From an uncultured Desulfotomaculum sp. (GTDB lineage Bacteria; Bacillota; Desulfotomaculia; Desulfotomaculales; Desulfotomaculaceae): a stretch of DNA of 64,000 nucleotides. The stretch is from assembly GCA_946411205.1 (NCBI GenBank), contig CAMKDG010000001.1, forward strand, positions 8,478-72,477, written 5' to 3'. Both the position numbers and the translations under genes were made by a program. Numbering within the stretch: the stretch's first letter is position 1; each line of letters opens with the position of its first letter. This document shows, one piece after another, positions 1 to 8,636 of this stretch. The notes under the pieces were generated by a model. It had not been told where the DNA came from and ran no database searches. It saw nothing but the letters and a program-made list of their open reading frames with translations.

Positions 1-2
1 GT

Positions 3-443
3 GTGCCAATACTTTTATATGACCCGATAAAAACCTGTGTGGGCTTGGCCCACGCAGGTTGGCGGGGTACCGTCCAGGGCATTGCCGGCAAGACGGTAGC
101 TCGCATGAGTGAAGTATACGGCTCTAATCCAGCCGATATTTTGGCAGCCATAGGTCCCTCTATTGGGCCTTGCTGTTACCAAGTGGACGTACCTGTACAG
201 CAAGCCTTAGAAAAGAATTTTTCCTACTGGCAAGAATTACTTACGCCAGCCGGTACCGATCGCTGGCAGTTAAATTTATGGGAAACCAATCGTAAAATTT
301 TACTGGCTGCCGGTGTGTTGGAGAAGCATATTACGGTGGCAAATCTTTGTACGTCCTGCCGTCATAAGGAGTTATTTTCTTACCGGGCAGATCAGGGAAA
401 GACCGGACGGATGGCGTCTCTCATCATGATAAAGGGAGGCTAG
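3..443 (+). CDS. pgeF: Laccase-domain/DUF152 protein PgeF (YfiH/YlmD family), C-terminal part; the 5' end lies outside the window
   Basis: The ORF is open to the window edge. Motifs HAGWRG, GPSIGPCCY and the C-terminal CTSC..LFSYR are typical of YfiH/YlmD. It heads the ylmE-sepF-ylmG-ylmH-divIVA cluster. Confidence 0.8.
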   Translation: MPILLYDPIKTCVGLAHAGWRGTVQGIAGKTVARMSEVYGSNPADILAAIGPSIGPCCYQVDVPVQQALEKNFSYWQELLTPAGTDRWQLNLWETNRKILLAAGVLEKHITVANLCTSCRHKELFSYRADQGKTGRMASLIMIKGG

Positions 444-446
444 AAG

Positions 447-1145
447 ATGCCCAAAATTCTCATTGTGGACGATGAACAACCCATTCGCGAACTGGTGAGA
501 TTTAATCTGGAAAAAGAGGGTTTTCAGGTACTGCAGGCTGCTGATGGCAACATGGCTTTGGAAATTGCCAGGAAAGAGACACCGGATATTATTGTGCTGG
601 ACGTCATGCTTCCCGGACAGGATGGCTTTTCGGTATGCCGGTCATTGCAGCAGGATCCTACTACCCGGGCCATCCCCATTATCATGCTTAGTGCCCGGGG
701 AGAAGAGTTGGATAAAGTACTGGGGCTGGAGATGGGAGCGGATGATTACATTACGAAGCCCTTTAGTCCCAGGGAACTCATTGCCAGAGTGAAGGCTCGG
801 CTGCGGCGTCAAACGGTGGATCATCAGGTTTCCGAAGAACCGGGGAGAGTCGTTATTGGTAAATTGATTATTGATCCGGATCGTTTTGTGGTGTCCTACA
901 ATGGCATCAAGCAAGATCTTACCCCGAAGGAATTTGAATTGCTGCGTTATTTGGCCAGCAATCCGGGCAAGGTATTTACCCGGGATTTTCTCTTAGAGCA
1001 AATCTGGGGGTATGATTTTTCCGGCGATTCCAGAACCGTGGATGTACATATCAGACACATACGCCAGAAACTAGAGCAGATTCCTGAGGCACCACAGCTG
1101 ATTGATACGGTGCGAGGTGTTGGTTACCGCTTTAAGGAGGTCTAA
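447..1145 (+). CDS. phoP: OmpR-family response regulator, PhoP-like
   Basis: Receiver domain (ILIVDDE, DVMLPGQDG, KPF) plus winged-helix output (TVRGVGYRF). Followed by a PhoR-like kinase, pstB and phoU. Confidence 0.85.
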   Translation: MPKILIVDDEQPIRELVRFNLEKEGFQVLQAADGNMALEIARKETPDIIVLDVMLPGQDGFSVCRSLQQDPTTRAIPIIMLSARGEELDKVLGLEMGADDYITKPFSPRELIARVKARLRRQTVDHQVSEEPGRVVIGKLIIDPDRFVVSYNGIKQDLTPKEFELLRYLASNPGKVFTRDFLLEQIWGYDFSGDSRTVDVHIRHIRQKLEQIPEAPQLIDTVRGVGYRFKEV

Positions 1146-1152
1146 GAATCAA

Positions 1153-2511
1153 ATGCTTACGAGCATTCGTCAGCGTGCCATTGGTAGTTATGTATTGCTG
1201 TTTGGCATCTTTATTTTGCTGACCCTTTTTCATCGATGGGGTTTGGTAAATCTTTTAACGGTACTGTTGGGCTCTTTTTGGGCAACAGTCTTTCTGGCTT
1301 GGCTGACAGCCAGGCGTTTAATTACTCCGGTGGAACAAATTACCTCAGCGGCTCAGGAGATGGCCGGGGGGGTATTAGATACGGAAATCCGGGTGCAGGG
1401 TGAACACGAGCTGGACGAACTGGCCTGGAGTATTAACTACATGGCACGGCAATTGCGCAAAAACCTCTTTCTGATTACAGAGGAACGCAACCGTGCCAGA
1501 GCTATTTTAAACAGTATGGCCGATGGTGTGATTGCTCTGGATAAAAATGGCAGGGTTATTTTAATTAACCCGGTGGTGGAAAGCATTTTTGATATTAAGG
1601 AAGAATCTTGGATTGGCACTGAGTTAATTAAAGTAATCCGCAATCACGAACTGGAGCAGCTTTTTATCCGTGCTTTGCAGGATATGCAGCCGGTGTTAAA
1701 CAACGAGTTGCAAGTACTTACCCCGGAACCCCGGCTATTTAGGGTACAAATATCCCCCTTGAAGGGTGTTCAGCATAAAAAAATGGGCGTGGTGGGTCTG
1801 CTTACAGATGTGACCGAAAGAAGAAAATTAGAGCAAATGAGAACAGAGTTTGCGGCCAACGTTTCCCACGAACTGCGGACACCGTTAACTTCCATTAACG
1901 GGTTTGTGGAAACTTTGTTGGATGGTGCGATGGAACAACCCCACGTTGCGAAAAACTTTTTAGAGATCATTCATACAGAAGGCAAGCGATTGGCTAATTT
2001 GATCGATGATTTGTTAAAGCTCTCCCGTTTGGAAGATCGGCGTACCATCCTACACAAGCAGCCGGTTGATTTAGCTGATAGTATTCATAACACCATCAAG
2101 ATGTTTGAAGGCTTGGCCCAGGATAAAAATATCGAATTGACCGAAGTCATTCCCAGCGATTTGCCACCGGTTCCGGGAGATTTCGGGTTTTTATCCCAAG
2201 TGATCGTCAACCTAGTGGATAATGCCATTAAATATACCCTGACAGGTGGGAAGGTTAACGTTGAAGTGACCTTTAATCAGCATTCAATCACCGTAACTGT
2301 CTCTGACACGGGTATTGGCATTCCGGAGGAGAGCCTGCCCAGGGTCTTTGAGCGGTTCTATCGAGTGGATAAAGCCAGAAGCCGCGAAATGGGGGGGACT
2401 GGCCTTGGTTTGTCCATTTCCAAGCATATTGTGGAAGCTCATGGGGGGAAAATAAAAGCAACCAGCAGCCAGGAAGGAAGTACCTTTTATTTTACCTTGC
2501 CTTTAGAGTAG
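1153..2511 (+). CDS. phoR: Sensor histidine kinase PhoR-like (TM, HAMP, PAS, HisKA, HATPase)
   Basis: H-box FAANVSHELRTPLT, N-box VDNAIKYT, G-boxes DTGIGI and GGTGLGLSI. The ATG at 1153 is preferred to the track start at 1102, which overlaps phoP. Confidence 0.85.
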   Translation: MLTSIRQRAIGSYVLLFGIFILLTLFHRWGLVNLLTVLLGSFWATVFLAWLTARRLITPVEQITSAAQEMAGGVLDTEIRVQGEHELDELAWSINYMARQLRKNLFLITEERNRARAILNSMADGVIALDKNGRVILINPVVESIFDIKEESWIGTELIKVIRNHELEQLFIRALQDMQPVLNNELQVLTPEPRLFRVQISPLKGVQHKKMGVVGLLTDVTERRKLEQMRTEFAANVSHELRTPLTSINGFVETLLDGAMEQPHVAKNFLEIIHTEGKRLANLIDDLLKLSRLEDRRTILHKQPVDLADSIHNTIKMFEGLAQDKNIELTEVIPSDLPPVPGDFGFLSQVIVNLVDNAIKYTLTGGKVNVEVTFNQHSITVTVSDTGIGIPEESLPRVFERFYRVDKARSREMGGTGLGLSISKHIVEAHGGKIKATSSQEGSTFYFTLPLE

Positions 2512-2513
2512 AC

Positions 2514-2538
2514 AAAACTTGGCTTGCGCCAAGTTTTT
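2514..2538 (+). terminator. Rho-independent terminator after phoR
   Basis: AACTTGGC-ttgc-GCCAAGTT hairpin followed by a T-run. Confidence 0.7.
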
Positions 2539-2626
2539 GACGCAGGCGGAAGCCGTAGTTTTTCTTATGCTTTCTGAAAGTGGAGCTAACCGTTGGTTGA
2601 AGATCTAAGTAACAGCAGTCTGTTTA

Positions 2627-2665
2627 TTAACAGGATTTTAACATTGTGACAACAAAGGGATAACA
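2627..2665 (+). promoter_or_regulatory. Pho-box-like array: four hexamers at exact 11-bp spacing upstream of pstB
   Basis: TTAACA (2627), TTAACA (2638), ACAACA (2649), ATAACA (2660). This matches the Bacillus-type PhoP box TT(A/T/C)ACA repeated at about 11-bp periodicity. Confidence 0.6.
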
Positions 2666-2726
2666 TGATGTTGTTACACTTGAGGCAATGCGAAATGATG
2701 GGTTTGTTCATATAGGGGGTAACACG

Positions 2727-3482
2727 GTGGCGTATAAAATCACAGCAAAAGGTTTAAACCTATATTACCGAGAAATGCAGGCATTGAACAAGATAAACCT
2801 AGACATTGAAGAAAGGCATGTGACTGCACTGATCGGACCTTCGGGATGTGGTAAGTCCACCTTTTTACGTACTTTAAATAGAATGAATGACTTAATTGAG
2901 GGTGTGCGGGTAGAGGGACAGATTTTGTTAGATGGTGAAGATCTTTACCAACCGGCAGTGGATGTAGTGGCCCTGCGGAAAAAGGTGGGAATGGTATTCC
3001 AACGTCCCAATCCCTTTCCCATGACGATTTATGAAAATATTGCTTACGGACCCAAAATCCATGGTCAGAGGAATCGACGTTTATTAGACCAAATAGTGGA
3101 AAGCAGCTTGCAAGCCGCAGCTCTTTGGGAAGAGGTTAAGGATCGCCTCCACAAGCCGGCCTTGGGGCTATCCGGTGGTCAACAGCAGCGACTTTGCATT
3201 GCCAGGTTGTTGGCGGTAGAACCGGAAATTTTATTGATGGATGAGCCAACTTCCGCCTTAGACCCCATTTCTACTTTAAAGGTAGAAGAATTAATTCGGG
3301 AACTAAAGAGTAAATATACCATTGTGATTGTAACTCATAACATGCAGCAGGCCGCACGGGTTTCCGATACCACAGCATTTTTCTTGAATGGTGAGTTGGT
3401 TGAGTTTGGTGATACCGAGCTAATCTTTACCGGCCCTCGGGATAAACGTACGGAAGATTATATTACCGGTCGTTTTGGTTAG
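2727..3482 (+). CDS. pstB: Phosphate ABC transporter ATP-binding protein PstB
   Basis: Walker [10 protein letters not shown], signature LSGGQQQR, Walker B LLMDEP, and the PstB-typical C-terminus [10 protein letters not shown]. The GTG at 2727 lies 7 nt after AGGGGG. Confidence 0.9.
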   Translation: MAYKITAKGLNLYYREMQALNKINLDIEERHVTALIGPSGCGKSTFLRTLNRMNDLIEGVRVEGQILLDGEDLYQPAVDVVALRKKVGMVFQRPNPFPMTIYENIAYGPKIHGQRNRRLLDQIVESSLQAAALWEEVKDRLHKPALGLSGGQQQRLCIARLLAVEPEILLMDEPTSALDPISTLKVEELIRELKSKYTIVIVTHNMQQAARVSDTTAFFLNGELVEFGDTELIFTGPRDKRTEDYITGRFG

Positions 3483-3515
3483 AAAACTCTTGATGACAGT
3501 AAGGGGGTTTCAAAC

Positions 3516-4172
3516 TTGTCCACCCGTCAATCCTTTGATAAAGCACTTGCGGATCTGCAGCAGGATGTTCTGCGCATGGCCAGTGTCGTGGAAAAATTGA
3601 TTTATAATGCAGTAAAATCCTTAGCTACCCAGGACCCCATCTTAGCGGGTGAAGTCATCGAGGGGGATGATCTGGTAGATGAACAGCGTTTTCAAATTGA
3701 AGATAAAATCATCAAAATTATTGCTACCCAGCAGCCGATGGCGAAGGATTTACGTATTTTAATCACAGGTATCCGCATTATTATAAGTTTAGAGCGGATG
3801 GCAGACCACTCGGTGGATATTGCCAGGGTTACCATGTGCCTAGTGGATGAGAAGCTGATTAAACCCCTGGTGAGTATTACCGCCATGGCCAAACTGGCAC
3901 AGCAAATGGTTAGAGATGGGTTGGATGCTTATGTGCACAACGATCCTGATAAAGCCAGAGAAATGTGTGAGGCAGACGATGAGGTAGATCATATTTACCA
4001 CCAAACTTACAAGCACTTAGTTTCCTTTATGAAAAGAGATCCTGATACCATTGGTCAGGCAACCTATTTATTGTTTGTGGCCAGATTCCTGGAGCGCATT
4101 GCCGATCATGCCACAAATATTGGGGAAGCGGTGATCTTTCAAGCAACCGGAGAATGGAAAGAACTAAACTAA
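3516..4172 (+). CDS. phoU: Phosphate signalling regulator PhoU
   Basis: Two PhoU repeats with the conserved ERIADHATNI and ERMADHSVDI motifs. Directly follows pstB. Confidence 0.9.
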   Translation: MSTRQSFDKALADLQQDVLRMASVVEKLIYNAVKSLATQDPILAGEVIEGDDLVDEQRFQIEDKIIKIIATQQPMAKDLRILITGIRIIISLERMADHSVDIARVTMCLVDEKLIKPLVSITAMAKLAQQMVRDGLDAYVHNDPDKAREMCEADDEVDHIYHQTYKHLVSFMKRDPDTIGQATYLLFVARFLERIADHATNIGEAVIFQATGEWKELN

Positions 4173-4197
4173 ACGAGAAGAAAATGGACGAAAGTTT

Positions 4198-4224
4198 AAA
4201 AACGCCTTAAAGGGCGTTTTTTTT
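4198..4224 (+). terminator. Rho-independent terminator after phoU
   Basis: AACGCC-ttaaag-GGCGTT followed by T8. Confidence 0.75.
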
Positions 4225-4285
4225 ACAAAGGAATTCATCTACTACCTGTCGAAGCCTTTTATGGTAATACAAGGCAGGTGTAGTC

Positions 4286-5278
4286 ATGACAGAAAATTTT
4301 TCATATGAGGAAAGGCAAAGGAGACCCAGAAAAAAACGGGTTGTCAAAAAAGGTCGGTTGTTATTTTTTGGTCTCCTATTTGCCACCGTCTTGCTGTGCT
4401 CATTGTGGTATCTGGTGCTTGGTATCAAAACTCTAATTTTTCATCAACTGCTGGAAATTCAAACTTTGCAGTCAAGTGTTGTGAGACAGGAGTTTTCTAT
4501 ACAGGGAGTTTTAATTAAGCAGGAATACCCGATCTCCTTACCCTTAAAGGGGAGCATGAAATTTACTGTATCTGACGGGGAAAGGGTTAAAGCCGGGACT
4601 CAGCTTGGGATACTGAGTGCTTCCGATTTGGAGTCGGCTTCCGGTGCCAGAACCTATACAGTAAAATCAACTACCAGTGGAATGCTATGTACGCATGTGG
4701 ATGGTTTTGAAAATATTCTCATTCCTGGCAATATTGACATTGTACAAATCCCATCTTTGGATAAAATAAATAGTAACGGTAATGGTGTTCCCCCTACTGT
4801 GGTGGAAAAGGGACAAGTAGTGGCCAAGGTTATTGATAATCTGGCACCGATTTACGTCTATGGCCATGTCACCAAAGAACAACTTAGTAAAATTGAGGCT
4901 AAAAAAGATTCCGGTGTTAAGGTACATTGGCAACAACATCTGTTAGAGGCCAAAGTAGATAAGCTGATTTCTAATGAGCAGCCGGGGATGCTATTAATAT
5001 TGAAAAATTATCCCGATGAAATTATGCATCAACGTAAAATTGATTTTCAGTTGGTAATCGGTGAATTAGAGGGCCTGCTGGTGGATGAAGCATCCCTGGT
5101 GTCTAAGGATAATAGCCCAGGTTTATATATCCTCTGGAAGAGTATGGTCCGTTGGGTTCCCGTAGAGATAAAAAGCCGTATGGCAGGAAAAGTACAGGTA
5201 AATGGACAAGATATCCAACCCGGCGTACGCTATATTGTAAACCCTGAGTACGCACGGGAGGGAGACAGGATACAATAA
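4286..5278 (+). CDS. Membrane-anchored protein with a barrel-sandwich (HlyD/biotinyl-lipoyl-like) segment; function unknown
   Basis: Basic N-terminus (RRPRKKRVVKKGR), one TM helix (LLFFGLLFATVLLCSLWYLVLGI) and a lipoyl-like motif FTVSDGERVKAGTQLGIL. Confidence 0.55.
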   Translation: MTENFSYEERQRRPRKKRVVKKGRLLFFGLLFATVLLCSLWYLVLGIKTLIFHQLLEIQTLQSSVVRQEFSIQGVLIKQEYPISLPLKGSMKFTVSDGERVKAGTQLGILSASDLESASGARTYTVKSTTSGMLCTHVDGFENILIPGNIDIVQIPSLDKINSNGNGVPPTVVEKGQVVAKVIDNLAPIYVYGHVTKEQLSKIEAKKDSGVKVHWQQHLLEAKVDKLISNEQPGMLLILKNYPDEIMHQRKIDFQLVIGELEGLLVDEASLVSKDNSPGLYILWKSMVRWVPVEIKSRMAGKVQVNGQDIQPGVRYIVNPEYAREGDRIQ

Positions 5279-5291
5279 GGCGGGAGAAAAC

Positions 5292-5969
5292 TTGAGCATA
5301 AATCAAAATATTACTTTGATCAAAGAACAAATTGCCAGAAGTGCCGAGAAAGCTGGCAGAAATCCGAATGACATTAAGCTGATTGCGGTTAGTAAGAATA
5401 TGACTGCAGATAAAGCCAGAGAAGCTGTTGCTGCAGGCTTGGTTGATTTAGGTGAGAACCGGGTACAAGAACTAATGGACAAGCATCCTTTGGTAGAAGG
5501 AGCCCACTGGCATCTGATAGGACATCTACAGACCAATAAAGTTAAATACATTGTGGGTAAGGTTGTCATGGTTCATTCACTGGATCGCTGGTCTTTAGCA
5601 CTGGAACTGGATCGACGAGCCAGGGAAGCAGGGATCATCATACCAACTTTGGTGCAAGTAAATGTGGCAGGCGAAGAAACCAAATTTGGTCTCGCGGTAC
5701 CGGAAGTGAGAGAGTTTATTACCGAAGCAGCAACTTTACCGGGTATCTCTATTCGGGGGCTAATGACCATTGCACCCTATGTAGAGAATCCAGAGGAAGT
5801 AAGGCCGGTGTTCAAACAATTAAGAAATATCTCCTACGGCCTAAGGGAAATCCCCGGTGTAAGGATGGAACAACTTTCGATGGGGATGAGCAATGATTTT
5901 GCTGTAGCCCTAGAGGAGGGTTCCACCATGATAAGAATTGGTACAGCAATCTTTGGCAGCCGGAAATAA
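5292..5969 (+). CDS. yggS: PLP-binding homeostasis protein YggS/YlmE
   Basis: Motifs LIAVSK, GENRVQE, HLIGHLQTNK, SMGMSNDF and IRIGTAIFG. Confidence 0.9.
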   Translation: MSINQNITLIKEQIARSAEKAGRNPNDIKLIAVSKNMTADKAREAVAAGLVDLGENRVQELMDKHPLVEGAHWHLIGHLQTNKVKYIVGKVVMVHSLDRWSLALELDRRAREAGIIIPTLVQVNVAGEETKFGLAVPEVREFITEAATLPGISIRGLMTIAPYVENPEEVRPVFKQLRNISYGLREIPGVRMEQLSMGMSNDFAVALEEGSTMIRIGTAIFGSRK

Positions 5970-5981
5970 GGAGGGATACTT

Positions 5982-6419
5982 ATGGCCATAGGGATGTTTG
6001 ATAAGATGCTAGCCATGATGGGTTTTGATGATGTGGAGGAATCAAAGGAGGAAAAGGAATTCGAAAGAAATGAAGTACAACCACAAACCACGCGTAAAAA
6101 CGCTCCCGTGGTAAGTCTGCATACCGGACGGCAGTTTCGAGTGGTGGTCTGTGAGCCTGCTTCCTTTGATGAGGCCCAAAATATTGCCGATAATCTGAAA
6201 AACCGTCGGGCCGTGGTGGTTAACTTGGAAAAGGCCGGTGCCGAGCAAGCCCGGCGCATTGTTGATTTTGTCAGTGGGACAACCTTTGCCTTAAGCGGTA
6301 ATATGGAAAAGGTGGGTCAAAATATTTTTCTTTTTGTACCTAATAACATAGACATTGCCAATGAAACCAGGAGAGAGTATAAAGAGAAAAGCATTTTTTC
6401 CTGGGCTAAGTCACAATAA
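5982..6419 (+). CDS. sepF: Cell division protein SepF
   Basis: Conserved C-terminal core (VVVCEPASFDEAQNIADNLKNRRAVVVNL, DFVSGTTFAL) and its position after ylmE. Confidence 0.9.
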   Translation: MAIGMFDKMLAMMGFDDVEESKEEKEFERNEVQPQTTRKNAPVVSLHTGRQFRVVVCEPASFDEAQNIADNLKNRRAVVVNLEKAGAEQARRIVDFVSGTTFALSGNMEKVGQNIFLFVPNNIDIANETRREYKEKSIFSWAKSQ

Positions 6420-6439
6420 GAATAGAACGGGGTTGAAGC

Positions 6440-6694
6440 ATGTATAACATCATTTCCTTTCTTAACATTGCTTTTTGGGTTTATGAGATGATGCTGCTAG
6501 CCAGGATTTTGTTGTCCTGGTTTCCGCATAATCCTCACAATTCGGTGGTTCGCTTTTTGTATGAGACCACGGATCCTTATCTTAACATCTTTAGAAGAAT
6601 TATCCCACCTTTGGGCATGGTAGATATTTCTCCGATTGTTGCTTTCCTAGTGTTACGGATGATTCAGAACTTAATCTTTGGCTTGGTGAGATAA
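6440..6694 (+). CDS. yggT: YggT/YlmG family membrane protein
   Basis: 84 aa with two TM segments, motif LLSWF...DPYLNIFRRIIPPLGMVDISPIVA. Confidence 0.85.
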   Translation: MYNIISFLNIAFWVYEMMLLARILLSWFPHNPHNSVVRFLYETTDPYLNIFRRIIPPLGMVDISPIVAFLVLRMIQNLIFGLVR

Positions 6695-7486
6695 ATGAAA
6701 CTGAACCGCCAGTCTTTCTTACATCACCTCAACGATCCAGAGGAAAAGGCATTGCTGGCCAAGGTTCTGGACAGCGTTGAAAGGGTTCTCAAGCAGCACT
6801 GTCCAATCATCACTAATTTTTATGACCCGTATCATACGGGTCTGATCATTTCTATGCTGGAACGTATTCCCGAGTTGGATTTTGCCACCTTTGGCGGATA
6901 TGATGCCGCTGAGAGAGTTCGTACAGCCATTTTTCCAAGTTATTTAGACGAGTCTGAAGTGGATTTTCGGATTTCCTTACTGGCGGTGGAAGGTAATTTT
7001 AAGCTGGTTAAGGTAAACCACCGCGACTTTTTAGGTTCCATTCTAGGTCTGGGTATCAAAAGAGAACTGATAGGAGATCTCATCGTCACCGAGCAAGGTT
7101 GCCAGGTGGCAGCTACGGATGAAGTGGTAGCCTATCTTAGGGCCAATCTAACCAAGGTACACAAAGTAAAAGTGGAAGTAAGGGAAATAACAGCCGCAGA
7201 GCTTACGTTATCAGACTTAAAAGTGAAGGAAATCAGTACCACCGTAGCTTCTTTGCGGTTAGACGCCATAGCGGCAGCGGGCTTTGGTACTTCCCGCAGC
7301 CGTATTGCCAGAGAAATTCTCTCAGAAAAACTGAGTATCAACTGGCAGAGTTGCTCAGATGTGGCCGCACAGCTCAAGGCAGGAGATATGCTTTCGATGC
7401 GAGGGCGTGGCAGAGTTGAGGTGGCGGAGGTTAAAGGAAACACCAAAAGTGGCCGAATAGGTATAGTATTAAAAAGATATTTGTAA
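6695..7486 (+). CDS. ylmH: S4-domain RNA-binding protein YlmH
   Basis: C-terminal S4 motif (LRLDAIAAAGFGTSRSRIAREI...V.INW) and conserved position before divIVA. Confidence 0.8.
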   Translation: MKLNRQSFLHHLNDPEEKALLAKVLDSVERVLKQHCPIITNFYDPYHTGLIISMLERIPELDFATFGGYDAAERVRTAIFPSYLDESEVDFRISLLAVEGNFKLVKVNHRDFLGSILGLGIKRELIGDLIVTEQGCQVAATDEVVAYLRANLTKVHKVKVEVREITAAELTLSDLKVKEISTTVASLRLDAIAAAGFGTSRSRIAREILSEKLSINWQSCSDVAAQLKAGDMLSMRGRGRVEVAEVKGNTKSGRIGIVLKRYL

Positions 7487-7529
7487 TACGAATTCACATT
7501 AAATAAGGTCCCTTAAAGTGGATTCGTAG

Positions 7530-7588
7530 ATACTGTTTTCCTATATTTTGGACAAATATTTGTCCACCTTTTAAAATAAAAACAGTAT
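7530..7588. repeat. Nested inverted repeat (59 nt) in the ylmH-divIVA spacer
   Basis: Outer arms ATACTGTTTT (7530-7539) and AAAACAGTAT (7579-7588). Inner perfect 18-bp palindrome TGGACAAATATTTGTCCA (7549-7566). Confidence 0.7.
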
Positions 7589-7628
7589 AAAATGGCAGCA
7601 AAGTGGTATAACCGGAGGTGTTTTTCAG

Positions 7629-8180
7629 ATGTCTGTATTAACGCCCTTAGAAATTCAAACCAGGGAATTTACCAAGGCCCTGCGTGGCTACGATGTAAAG
7701 CAGGTAGATGCCTGGGTCCAAAAAATTAAAGAAAATTACGAAAAACTTTATGTGGAGAACCACGAGCTCAAAGAACGTTTGTCCAAGAGTGAGGAAAGCA
7801 TTGTTCACTACCGGGATCTGGAGGATGCGTTACAAAGGACATTGGTCATGGCCCAAAAAGGTGCCGAAGACATGCGTGGTAATGCTGAAAAAGAGTCAAA
7901 AATGATGTTAGAGCAGGCGGAAGCTTCGGCTAAGGCCATGAAGCAAAAGGCTGAGGAAGAGGCAGAGCGGCTGGTCAACGATGCTTCTCGCAAAGCAGAA
8001 GAAATGCTAAAAATAGCCGATGAGCGAGTGGGTGCTATCCTGGATGAATACCGCGGACTGGAGAAACAAGCCCAGGTCTTTAAGGTAAAGTTTAAAGCAT
8101 TTTTAGAGGCGCAGCTTTCAATGGTTGAGGGAAACCTGGACGTGACTGAGAAAGAAAGTGGCGAGAAGGAAAGCGCCTAG
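7629..8180 (+). CDS. divIVA: Cell division/septum-site protein DivIVA
   Basis: N-terminus LTPLEIQTREFTKALRGYDVKQVDAWV followed by a coiled coil. RBS GGAGGTG upstream. Confidence 0.9.
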   Translation: MSVLTPLEIQTREFTKALRGYDVKQVDAWVQKIKENYEKLYVENHELKERLSKSEESIVHYRDLEDALQRTLVMAQKGAEDMRGNAEKESKMMLEQAEASAKAMKQKAEEEAERLVNDASRKAEEMLKIADERVGAILDEYRGLEKQAQVFKVKFKAFLEAQLSMVEGNLDVTEKESGEKESA

Positions 8181-8277
8181 ATAGAATACCGGCAAGTCTG
8201 ACTGTTTTTAAGCATATCGGAAAGTACAAGTTTTCCAATATGCATAAGGGCAAACTAAGCTTCCGCCGGTGTCTAAA

Positions 8278-8292
8278 GGCTTGGCGCAAGCC
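8278..8292 (+). terminator. Weak hairpin after divIVA
   Basis: GGCTTG-gcg-CAAGCC, with only a T-poor tail (agttcttc). Confidence 0.3.
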
Positions 8293-8309
8293 AGTTCTTC
8301 TAAGAAATG

Positions 8310-8338
8310 TTGACCTTTGTGTCAGATTTGGATATAAT
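8310..8338 (+). promoter_or_regulatory. Sigma-A-type promoter for the ileS leader
   Basis: TTGACC, 17 nt, TATAAT. Confidence 0.6.
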
Positions 8339-8349
8339 AATGACGTTTA

Positions 8350-8602
8350 AATATGCTTATCTCCTGTGAACGGGAAAGTAAATTGGTGGGAGTCTGTACA
8401 GAGAGTCCGGGATTGGTGCAAGCCGGGCCAGAACCATCCTTTGAAGATCACCCGGGAGGTGCCTACTGAAACCCTGGATTAGGGGAGTAAGTTTGGCCGT
8501 TAACATCGACGTTAAAGGTGTATCGAGTGTTCAGGTTTTTGTCTGTTCATGAGGGTGGTACCGCGGGTTATCAACTCGTCCCTTTTTAGGGACGGGTTTT
8601 TT
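8350..8602 (+). promoter_or_regulatory. T-box leader (Ile) with terminator/antiterminator
   Basis: T-box sequence AGGGTGGTACCGCGG (8552-8566). Terminator CGTCCC-N6-GGGACG plus T-run (8577-8602). Candidate AUC specifier at 8447-8449. Precedes ileS. Confidence 0.85.
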
Positions 8603-8636
8603 ATTTTGCATAAACAAACGTCAGGAGTGAACGATA

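Noticed and set aside
1102-1152. Upstream-extended start codons offered by the ORF track (1102 phoR, 2688 pstB, 25194 gcvPB, 33493 glnQ-like, 47257 membrane protein, 47033 GH18, 45518 yfcE, 31756 EamA)
   Set aside because: Internal starts have proper RBS spacing, remove overlaps with the upstream gene, and give N-termini matching the families (signal peptide, P-loop position and so on).
5834-6259. 141-aa minus-strand ORF, and similar long antisense or out-of-frame ORFs elsewhere (7132-7497, 9765-10106, 17484-17864, 33384-33743, 34992-35468, 38853-39228, 56358-56717)
   Set aside because: Each lies inside a strongly supported conserved gene on the other strand or frame. None has an RBS or a family motif.
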